Assembly (NCBI RefSeq): GCF_018977255.1
Contig: NW_024704742.1
Span: forward strand, 60,886,001-60,950,000
Source of the DNA: Callorhinchus milii
Taxonomy: Eukaryota
Direction: 5' to 3'
DNA length: 64,000 bases
Below, piece by piece: positions 38,301 through 50,300 of the stretch. A model generated the notes under the pieces. It did not search any database. It saw only the letters and a list, made by a program, of their open reading frames with translations, and was not told the origin of the DNA. Positions within the stretch are counted from its first letter, which is position 1. Each line of letters starts with the position of its first letter. A program made the position numbers and the translations under genes.

Positions 38301-41300
38301 TTACTTTAATTCCACTCTAACGTGGGTTAATTTTTAAAAATAAATCAGTTATTTTTAACTGTTTCATCTTAGAAATTGAATCACTAAAAGAACAGCCACT
38401 ATGGGCGCTAAAATACTGTAGTGCAACAGCCTCTTCTCATTGGACCATCTGCCTTCCGTCAACCTGCTCCGAGTGGCAAATCTAGTAAAATTTCATGTTA
38501 TTGTGTTTGGGATCCAAAAATAGTAGATGTTGATTTTTAATGGGGCCTATGGAATAAAAATGGCCACCGATCCCACTTCCAGTACATTGCGTTGTCACCA
38601 GTGTCAATTCCTGTGCTCTGTGCCGGCTTGTTGTTTGAAAGAAACTCCGTCAACATTATTTCCTGAATGAAGTGATGTCAGTGGCATTTCCAGCTTACAT
38701 GCGCAGTATGCAGGAGGAGATGCTCGTCGTGCTTTTTGCAGACAGCTTGCACATGCTCAACGCATAGGACGTGTCATCAGTGGTGACATGACACCCCAGA
38801 AAACAGCAATTATTTAGCACAAAAAGCTAGCTGGTCAATCCTGCTGGTACTAGACTTTCATACACGTGATTGTTTGTGTGTGTTATTCTCACAGAATTCC
38901 CCAATTCTTTGATGTGTTCATTAATACCAATTTGCAAATGACTGCTGGTAACCAATTTAGCAACCTGGTACCCAGGAGTATTTCTAGATCTTTAGTGTCA
39001 TTAGTTAACAGATAATATTCAGTTAAGCAAATCGGGACACGACCCTGCGTGAAGGGTGCTATATAAATGCAAGTTGTTGTTGTTGTATCTTTGTTCAGTT
39101 GTGATCAAGAAAATTGACTGGAAGTTTTGTCAAGTGCAAGTATCATGTGACATCAATACGCAGTGACGGCTATTTGGTGTGTGAGGAAAAAAATATGGGG
39201 CAAACATGGGATTTTTAAAAATGAAATGCTGAGTCCGCACAAAGCATGGTGCTCAGATGTTAGCACCACCACTTGAATAACACTCATAGTATAGCAGGCG
39301 ATGTAGCCTAACATTGTTTACCCTGCAATTGTTGTGAATTTACTCAGTGTGCTACTGTTTACATCAAGAATCAGACTCAGAGCTTGGCTGACACTCCAAT
39401 ACAGTTTGGGGGGGAACTGCTGTTTGGTTGCAGGTGACGTCCTTTAAATGAGATGTTAAACAAAGGTCCCATTGGCCTCCTCAAATTGGAGATAATAATA
39501 ATAATAATCCTTGCACTTGATATAGCGCGTATCATATCTTCGAGGCTTTTCAAAGTGCTTCACAGAATATACTTAAAGTGAATTGACTATATATTTGTGG
39601 GCAAAACACAGCAGCCAATTGTGCACAGGAGTGTCCCACAAACAGTGACTAATTTTTTTTCAGGAATAATTACTCCCGGGAAAGCAATCCGCTAATGGCC
39701 AGGTTCATACTTACTGCTAGGTAAACAGAGGCGTTTGAAGTAAGGAAACTTGCCCAACATTTCGCCCTGCCAGGAATCGAACCCAAGTCTCTTGCTTGCG
39801 AGGTGAGGGCTTTAACCACTGAGTTACAGTTGATTGATCAATACTTAAATGCATTACATTTCAATTTGACAAATACTGTGCAAGTCAATAAGAAAAGCAA
39901 ATTCAGTGCTAACCATTTCCCAAATTACAATCTGTCCTCTGGCCCTTTGAAAACACTATTTCTTCCTCTTTGATATGAACCCCGTGACAAGCCTCAGAAA
40001 TAAAACAATGTAATAATAGCAATCCTTGTATTTGATATAGCACCTTTCATGTCAGGAGGACATATTTCAAAGCGCTTCACAGGATTCATTGTAAATTCTA
40101 GCAACTGCATTTGTTAAACAAAAGTGGCTGCCAATTTGCACACAACAATGTCCTACAAATAGCAATGAAAGTGAATCGCCAATTTTATCTGGGGGATTAT
40201 CTGTAGGAGAAAATTTCTCTTTACAATTTAGTTTTCTCACAGCGGAGTTCTTCATAAACCACTGGCATTTTATTCTCCTCCACAATAGGATATCAGTGAC
40301 ACTGATATTGTCTTGGGCAGAAAACTTCTCTCTACAATTATTTTTGACCACCACTGTAGTTCTTTGAAAGCTTTCTCTTTATTGAGGTTCGAATGGATCG
40401 ACTTCAAGATCCTCACTCTAGTGTTCAAATCCATTCACTCCCTGGCACCTCCCTACCTCTCCGACCTCCTCACTCCCCAATCCACCATCCGTCTCCTCCG
40501 CTAGACTGGCACCAGCCTCCTGCTCATCCCTCGCACCCTCCGCCCCACCATCGGAGGTCGTGCTTTCAGCCACAACGTCCCAAAACCCTGGCAGAACACT
40601 CTCCTTCAATCCCTCCGCCTTGCCCCCTCGCTCCGCTCTTTCAAGTCCTGCCTGAAGACTTTCCTGTTTGACTGTGCTTACGGCCACCTGCCCACTCCGC
40701 CCAGCCCGAAGTCAGGCTCTGCCACTGTTATGCGCTTTGAGACACTCTACCCTGCGTGGAGGGTGCTCTATAAGTGCAAGTTGTTGTTGTTGGCAAGCCT
40801 TCTTAGCTGACCATGTGGCAAAATTCCTTTTCAAATTATTATAATAAGTCCTTAACACGCTAAATTGAGGTTTAGAACTGCTGAGTGTAGCACTGAGCAC
40901 GACTGATGCTTCTCTGAGCAGTTTCCCAACATTCCACCCCTGTTTACATAGGTCTACATTGTTACTAAAAATAAGGCATATCGGCATGTCCGGCTCTCCG
41001 TATGAATGGAAAAGTCCGAATGAAATACCAACAGTGCAGTTTTATTTGCCTGTGGAACATTGTTTGAGAGAAAGCCCCATGGGCAGATGAAGTTTCATCG
41101 CTGATATTTCAGGCAAATTTTGGATTGACACAACATAACCGCAAAACAGCAGCTTCTGTGTTCTTGGCATTGGTATGGAGATCAGGCCTAAATGTCATGG
41201 CTCCAGTCATCAATTTGCACATGACTAACAGCTCTCATTGATACAGGGTGTGGCATTGAGGAACAGAAATCCCACCTCAACCTACACTTAGCCTCTTTTA

Positions 41301-44300
41301 TTTTCCTCAGTATTTTAGCTAGTGGTGTAGAAAGATTACTCCTGCTGGTTGGTGTGGACGCCTGGCTCAGTTGGTAGCGCCTTTGCCTCTGAGTCAGAAG
41401 ATTGTGGGTTCAAGCGCCACGTACCAGGATTTGGAACTTGTATTGTTTAGGCAAGTGGTGGCCAACCTTTATGGTCAGCTAACAAAATGTATGTCCATGA
41501 TTGAATATTTCTTGATTTAGCGTATATGTATATAATAATCCTTGCTTTTGATATAGGGCTTTGTCACGTTTTAGAGACATCTCAAAGCGCTTCACAGAAC
41601 ATACTGTAAAGTGAATTTACTGTATATATTTTGTGGGCAAAACACGGCAGCCAATTGCACACAGCAGTGTCCCACAATCGTGGATTGAAATGACCAATTT
41701 TTTTTAAATATTGAAGGAATTATTACCGATTCCTACTTACTGCGAGGTAAACAGAGGCGTGTGGAGTAAGGAAACCTGTCCAACATTTTGTCCCGCCGGG
41801 AATCAAATCCAGGTCTCTCGCTTGCGAGGCGAGTGCTCTAACCACTGAACTCCACTAAATGAGTCCTGTACAGGATTACAGGATCATTTATCCCATGAAT
41901 CAAGAAATATTCAATCAAGGAAAAACTGAAAACACACGTGTGAATGCTCGGAGGTTGCTTCTTGACAGCCCCGTCAGCCACTTCTGTGAGTGGGAGGTAG
42001 CCATCAGTGTGAAGTAGGATTTAAGGGAGGACTTGAAAACAAAGAGGGGGCAAGATGGAGTGGTAAAGGAGAAAACTATGGCATCTCCTTTCAACAGTTG
42101 TATATGAAAGGATACATTGCAACCATACAATGAGGTGGATTTTGTCTGATGGGTTTACGTTTCGAATAGTGTCCTGGCATCTTTAAGATTTACCAGAACA
42201 GGTAGACAGACCTCAGTTTAATGTTTCATCTGAAGGATAATAATAATAATAATAATAATAATCCTTGCATTTGATATAGCGCTTTTCACGTCGGGAGGAC
42301 GTCCCAAAGCGCTTCACAGAACACACTGTAAAGCGAATTGACTGTATATTTGTGGGCGAACGCGGCAGTCAATTGCGCACAGCAATGTCCCACAAACAGT
42401 CGTAGATTGAAAATGACTAATTTATTATTATTTTTGGAGGGATTATTATTAGGCGTGTGGAGTAAGGAAACTTGCCCAAGGTTTCGCTCTGCCTGGAATT
42501 GAACTCAGGTCTCTCGCTTGCAAAGTGAGTGCTCTAACCACTGAGCTACAGGACTCCACGATGGATGGATAATAATAACAATTAAAAATCCTTGCACTTG
42601 ATCCCTTCATCGGTGGACCCTCAAAGTACTTCAGGAGATTTAATGGAAAGTATACTGACTATATATTTTGCCTAATTGGCCTCCATCAATTTTAAAACAA
42701 CTTCAAGGCTTTAGTAAAAGTTTTCTTACTCCTTTTAATATTCTTCAAGAGTTAATCGAACAAGTGATTTTGAAATGCTATGTATAGCATTTCCCAGCAC
42801 ATTGGGACGTCCTCCTGGCGTGAAAGGAGCTATACAAATGTAATTTTGTATTGTATAAAATATAAACGGATGCTGCGTTTCAGCAACAAAATACACAGTC
42901 AATCCACTTTTCATAAGTTATGTTCTTGCAATATATTCTGTGAAGCTCTTTGAGATGGCTCAACGACATGATAAGGCGCTATATCAAATGCAAGGATTAT
43001 TATTATTATAAATCAATGCAGTTCAGCAGGACAAGAAGACCATACAACAAATGCAGATCATGTTTGAGATATAAAGCATTTCACTTCTGAACTCTTACTA
43101 GGTGAAATTATTAAGAACTCCGACTGGACGAGTAGTTTGAATGATTGCAACAAAAGGCTGCTGATTGACTGTCTTCAGTCTTTAGACATGAAGTCTTTAG
43201 ACATGAAGGCAGATCTTACAATAAGCTCCTGTGTGAAGATGTTTTAAAAACTTTTTTGGATGAGACGGGTTTCCTCTGCCTGGCCACATGATGTACGGTC
43301 GCTGACTTTCATTTTATTGCTTGCCCTTTCCACATTTCTGCTGCTCGTACAAATGGATCTTGTGGAATTGAAATGGGCTCAGAGTGCTCGCTGCCTGTCA
43401 CTCTGAGCCAAGGCACTGCTTTTAATAAAGCTAGAGCTAAAAATACTCAGGCATACATTTGATCCATCTGGGGTGGCGAAATCAAGCCAAAATAATTCCC
43501 TCTGTGTCCACACAACATAGACACACACACACACACACTCACTAGACACTCCCTGCTGTCAATGGGTTAGACTGGGGGAAAGCTGATACAAGTATGTCCA
43601 AGAACACCTCAACCCAAAGTAACAGCACAAATCAGCTTGTGCACAGCCGCCCTTTATACAATTTGGAGGAGCCTTCTAGGAAGAGGAAGGCAACCTGGGG
43701 TCTCCTCACCAGCCAAGGTCAGTGCAACATATCATGCGGATGAAACCATTTAAATGTGATTATAAAAATTTTGCTGAATCACTCACAAGTCTCTCTCTGA
43801 TCAGGAGAGAGCAGGAGTGAAAACAGAAACAAGTCAGAATGTGAACAGACCCTACACTCAGTTAGGCAGATTTATTTACTCTAACTTAGTAAAGTCGCAG
43901 CAGAAATTGCAGAGCAAGATTAGAAGTGACTGTTAAATGACAGAACCATGGCAACTGTACAGCTCTGCGGAAGATAAAGGGTTACCTACCCTCTGCACCT
44001 CCCCCTTCCACACAAGAATCCCACAGTGGTGTGTGTGTACGTGGGCTTTCCTGATTTGACAGTGGATCAGACACACTGCAAACACCACCAGCAGTGAATA
44101 TGGAGACACTGTCCCATGTACTGTAAAATATACAGGGAAACTTCAATTTTAATAATAATAATCCTTGAATTTGATATCGCACTTTATCAAATCCCAAAAC
44201 GTTTCACAGAAATATTGTAAAGTGAATTGACTGTATTTCATGGGAAAATCGCAGCAGCCTATTGCGCACAGCATTGTCCCACAGTCATGGAGTGAATGAC

Positions 44301-47300
44301 CAAATTTTTTTTTGAGCAATTATTAAGCCCAGAAAGCAAACCACCAATTCGACTAACAACCATATTTACTGCTAGGTAATCAGAGGCGTGTGGAATAAGA
44401 AATATTTTGTGGGCAAAACGCTGCAGCCAATTGCGCACAACAGTGCCCCACAACCAGCTTTTACAACCAAAGTGTAATTTGAGTGACCAAATTAATATTA
44501 CTTTTTATATATTTATTTTAAAGGCGTTATTACCCCCAAAAAAGCGAGCCGACAATCGACTAACAACCAGGTTCCTACTTACTGCTAGGTAAACAGAGGA
44601 GTGTGGGGTATGAAAACTTGCCCAACATTTTGCCCTGCTGGGAATGCATGGGTTAAGTTAGCCACTGAATACCCAGATCCACTTTCCAAAGTTAACTAAA
44701 ACGAGGCTTGAGTCAGAATATCACAACGGCAAGTCAGTCCTATGTAACACCCGGGCCGATCCGCCCCACCTTTCCCAGAGCCCCTCCGTTTTGCCCCCTC
44801 CCTTCATCTCGCTTTGCAAGCGAGAGACCTGAGTTCAATTCCAGGCAGGGCGAAACCTTGGGCAAGTTTCCTTACTCCACACGTCTAATAATAATCCCTC
44901 CAAAACAAAACAATAATAAATTGGTCATTTTCAATCCAAGGCTGTTTGTGGGACACTGCTGTGCACAATTGGCTGCCGCGTTCGCCCACAAATATACAGT
45001 CAATTCACTTTACATTGTGTTCTGTGAAGCGCTTTGGGCCATCCTGCCATCCTGAGATGACTCAACAACATGATAAGGCGCTATATCAAATGCAAGGATT
45101 ATTATTATTATTATTATCTCCACCTTCAAAACCCACTTTAAGATTTTTTTTAACCACACTTTCAGTCACTACCCTCTCCTGCCCAATCCAGCAGCTGACG
45201 CCTTCAACTCAGGCTCCCAGTGAGTTTATGAAGCGCTTCAAGTCGTCCTCTCGACATGAAAGACACTATATCAATGTAAATTACAACAACAACAACATTA
45301 CATTTGTAATGGGAGACTGTCCCAAGGTGCTGAACAGTCAGTGATCAGGACCCCAGTGTGGGGTGGCGGGGGGCGGGTTTGTTCAGGGTTGGGATGAGGG
45401 AGGGCAGAGAGGTCAATTACAATTGTAGTGGCAAGTGTAAGGAATTTTTCAGCATCTGATCCCAAAACAATCTAAATGGTATTTCCTTTTCGAGGGACTC
45501 AAATGAATCAATCTACATCATAGTGTTGAGCAGCCAGCGGCCCAGCGGATGATGTTACCTGATCCAAGACAGTTTCCACCATTACAACCCGCTCTCTCCC
45601 TCCCTGGGGATTGTCCTCCCAGGGCAGCGGCCGGAGTCGGCAGTTGGGAGGACCCAGTGCTCAGAGCTTTTACTGCTGTCTGTCTGTCTGACTGTCTGTC
45701 TGTCTGGAAGGCAAACGTGTCTCTTACCAACCACATCCTTAGCAACTCACCTCCCGCTCCTGCCACTGCAAATAGTGACCCGCGCTTGGGGGAGGGGGGG
45801 GGGAGAGAGGGATTGAGACATGGGGACGAGGGGGAGAGAGGAGAGGGGAGAGAAAGAGGGAAAAAGAGCGGGGGGAAAGAGGAGGGGGAGAGGGGGGAGA
45901 GAGAGGGGGAAGAGAGAGAGTGTGGGGAAGAGAGACGGGGAAGAGAGGGAAGGGGGAAGAGATGGGGGAAGAGAAGAGGGGAGAGAGAGAGAAAGAGGGG
46001 AAGAGAGGGGGTAGGAAGAGAGGGGAGAGAGAGAGAGGGAAACTGAGGGGGCGAGAGAGAAAAGGGGCAAAGAGTGAGATGGGGTGGGGGAGAGACAAGT
46101 GAGAGAGAGCGAGAGAGAGAGCGGGGGGAGAGAATGCATATGTAATGTAAGAGGGGGAATGAGAGACAGAGACTGAGTGATTGAGAGAGGGAGAGACCTC
46201 TTTTATCTCTCCCCTCTCTCTCTCCCCTCTCTCTTACTCTCTTCTCTCTCCCCCTCGTCCCCATGTCTCAATCCCTTTCTTCCCCCCTCTCTCTCCCCCA
46301 AACGCGGGTCACTGTCGGGCAGTTAGTTGCTAAGGACGTGGTTGGTAATAGATGCATTTGCCTTTCCGACAGCCAGCCAGACTGCAGTAAAGGCTCTGAG
46401 TGCTGGGTCCTCCCAACTGCCAGCTCCGGCCACTACCCTGGGAGGACGTTCACCAGGGAGGGAGGGAGCAGGTTGGAATGGTGGAAATGGTCTTGGGCCG
46501 GATGTAGCCCGCGGTTTGGGACGTCCTCTCTACGTGAAATAATAATTATTATTATTATTATTATTATTAAAGGCCTCTATAAATGTAATTTTGTTGTTGC
46601 CCACACTGGATGTGGCCCGGGGACCTTTCTCAAATAGGGAAGGTGGCCCATGGCAGCCAAAAGGTTCGACCACTTTGGGATAGAGGAATGGGGAAAAGGG
46701 CCTTCACAAGCTCATCCTCCGAGTACATTAACTCATCTTGCGTAACATCTGTATGGTGAATCACCTCAGTAGTTTGTATCCATTACCTTTCTGAGTAGAT
46801 TAATCAAAACCGTTTCGAAATATTGTTTCTAAATTTAGTTTTGACAGGAGCTCAGCTCCAGTGTGATTCACACTGCCAGTTGATGTTGCAAGCTTGGCAG
46901 CGATTTAACGCCACAGTTATGATGATTTTCATGCAAAGCATTTCAAGATTTAGGCCTTAGATTATTTTCAATGAGAATTGAATTGTAATTTACAAAACAA
47001 GCACAATATCTGCCTTCATCCATGAATGTAGTTCATTAGTTGCCAATCATTGCTTCCTCCAAAGCACAAGTCTTTTGGTTAACTGGGTCTGGTAAAACAT
47101 TTTTATTTGGTTGGTTGGGTGGGGTTGGAGTTAAGGTTGCTTGCTCCGAGACGCTACCCTGTGTGAAGGCCGTGGTATGAATGCAAGTTGTTGTTGGCGG
47201 GGGATAAGATTAAAGGTGTTGGAATAAGATTAAACAATGCGTGTTATTTCTTTAAGTAAATACAGTGAACTAATAATAATAAAAAAACACTGTCTTATAT

Positions 47301-50300
47301 CATCACATGGCTTATATATTGCCATGCTGTCAATATGCCGATAGCTTCCCATGCCAAACATGAAGAAGGGACCTGTATTTCATTACTCTGCTTATAACTT
47401 ATAACTTGCATTCCTTACATCCCTGTAAGTAAAATATCGGATATATCATCAAAGCAAGTTTAGCTGTACCACGGGAAAATGTGAACTCTCATGGACTGTG
47501 CAATGACTGAGCAGCCTAGCGCAGGGCCACATGAAAAGAAAGGAAATGGAGAATTGCAATTGAAAGGCAATATTAATTTATGAAGGTGGGTGGTCCTCAG
47601 AAGGTTAGCCCAAACAGATGTCTGAAGAAATGACTATCCTTCTTATGCATCTGAAAAAGTGGGAGAAAATCCATTTTTAGTACAAGACATCTGACTCTGC
47701 TGCATAAAATGTGTCATAAATTCTAACCCTTCAGAAGTGACAATCTAAATCAGTGACAAATATAGTGTGAAATGGCAAGTGTTAAATATTCAATGCATAT
47801 GCTACCTATTTGGCTGGTACAGTACTTCACAACCAGGTATAACACATAAACTGCGCAGTGTGTGTTGGTGTAGATCCTCCTGGCCACAGCGCCTCCTAGT
47901 GATACCGGAGGTCTCATGCCTTATATAGTGACCCAGATAATAATAATGATAATCCTTGCATTTGATATAGCGCCTTATCACATCTTCGAGATGTCTCAAA
48001 GCGCTTCACAGAATATCCTGCAAAGGGAATTGGCTGTGTATTTTGTATTTTGTGGGCGAAACTCAGCAGCTAAGTTGGGACTTTGTACTCACAGTCTAGG
48101 TTGATGTGCCAGTTTAGTGCAGGGGTTGCGCTACACTGTTGGAGGCGTCATCCTTTGATTAGACAATAAACCGAGATCACATTTGCCGTTCAGGCGGATA
48201 TTAATTAAATAACTTGTGGTATTGTTTAAAGAGCGAAATGAGTTTCTTCTCGGTGTCCTGGCTAACAATGGCCCAAATAAAATTGATCATTCGCTTCACG
48301 GATGTTTCTAGGACATTGCTGTGAATATTGGATGCCACGTTTGCCTACAAAATATACAGTTGCTCCACTTCACAGTAAATCCCGTATAACACTTTCATAT
48401 GTCGTCCCAACGTGAAAGGTATCAAATTGTATCAAATGCAAGGATTCTTGTTTTTATGAAAATAGGTTATGTTCTTACATTATTTTAAATAGGGAACACA
48501 CATACGTTGCATACACGAGGGAGATTGGAATATGGTGATGAGGCTAAGGAGTAGGGATTAGGTTTGGAGAGGTTCTTATTGAGTATAAACACAGGCACAG
48601 ACTAATTAGGATGAATTGGTGCTGTACAGTTTATGCAATTCCATGTAAATTGTTGCCAGCCATGAAGCAGTTAATTGTTCACACTGCATGTCAAACTTTT
48701 TCCGAAGTAACCTTTTCAAATGTGCTTTGTTTTAATACTGTTTTAGTATTCAATTTCTGAAATAATAATCTACAACAACAACTTGCATTTATATAGCACC
48801 CCTCACCGGAGTAGCATCCCAGAGCGCTACCAGTTGAGCTGCACAATTTGATTTATAAAGATAACAAGGATTTGTGTATGTGTGTGTGTGTGGGTGGGGG
48901 GGCGGGGTGTGGAGAGTTTATATGCCAATAGCATGATGCGTGTGGCAAAAAAGGGGCAGAGCCAATTAACGGTGAAGCTTTCTCAGCTTGGATATGAACT
49001 CCGTCCAAAGTCTTTACGAATGGCCATGGGGGGACGGAGATTTAGGTACTGTATGCATGGGCTGTACAAGAATACAAGTCTGCGGAAAGACGGCTAGCCC
49101 ACTAATCAGATCGCTTTAGTGATTTTACAGCCCGTTACTTTCTGTATCAAATCTGTTTAGAAATAGCACTGGTTTCTGTCCCCCCCTACCTACCTGCCCG
49201 TACCCTCCGTTCCTCTGGCTCCGGTCTGCTCCACGTCCCCCGCCCCAACCGCCCTACCATCGGTGGTCGGGCCTTCAGCCTCTCAGCCCCCAGGCTCTGG
49301 AACTCCATCCCCCAGTGCCTTCGCCGCCTCCTCCCTTTCCTCCTTCAAGGCCGGTCTCAAAACCTTTCTCTTTGACCGTGCCTTCAGCTCCCCTCTCGAC
49401 TCTCTACCCCCTCCTCGCTCCCCCTTCCCGCCCCGCACCCTGACCATTTCCCCCCTCCTCGCTCCCTCCCTTCCCTCCCCTCACCCTGACCATTTCCCCC
49501 CTGCTCGGGTCATGACCCAACTGTGCAGCGCCTTGGGACGTCCTCCTGACGTGAAAGGCGCTCTATAAATGGAATCTTGTTGTTGTTGTTGTTGTTAACA
49601 GTGAGTGCTGTTAAAGTGATACACCAGATGAGGCTACGTGAGATTAGCTGCTAAGTTTAGCACACGCTGCCTATGCTGCTACAATACGCCTCATAGCCAC
49701 AGTGACTTGCAGTTATCTTCTTGCCTAACGGCACTGCATATATGTGAATCATGCCCGAGAACTGCTTCTATTCCTTCTGCTGAACTGATGTGCAAAGTAG
49801 ATTGCCTATGATTAGGAAGAATCTTTTAAAAATGAGCAAATATTAGAATCACAGAAACTCCAGGACAGAAGGAGGCCATTCGGCCCACCGAGCCTATGTT
49901 GGTGCCAGCTCTTCCACTGTTGATAATTACGCTGGTGTCAATTCCCTGCTCTCTCTCCATAGTATTTTATATAATTCCCCTTCAAATGTTTATCTCTTTA
50001 CAATGCTACTGGGGTCTGAAATGTGATATCACAAAACAGATTTCCTGTGTTAATTATGAGTTCCAGGTTCGCAAACTTTGGATTCTGAGATTCAGGTGAG
50101 ATTTCTAAATGGTGAATGACAAATCCTAAACTGGCAACATTTGAAAAAAGATCAAGCTGTTTTACCAAATCTGAACCGTGGACCAACTCTGTAAACTTGT
50201 ATTTCAGTTTAGCTCCGCTATTATTAACCATTCTACTACAAATTCAGTGCAGCGAGACTAGATGTGATTTGCAGGGCAGTAAGCAATGTGATGAACTCAG

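Noticed and set aside
45518..46264. 248-aa ORF and overlapping ORFs
   Set aside because: They are read from the GA/TC low-complexity core of the fold-back element.
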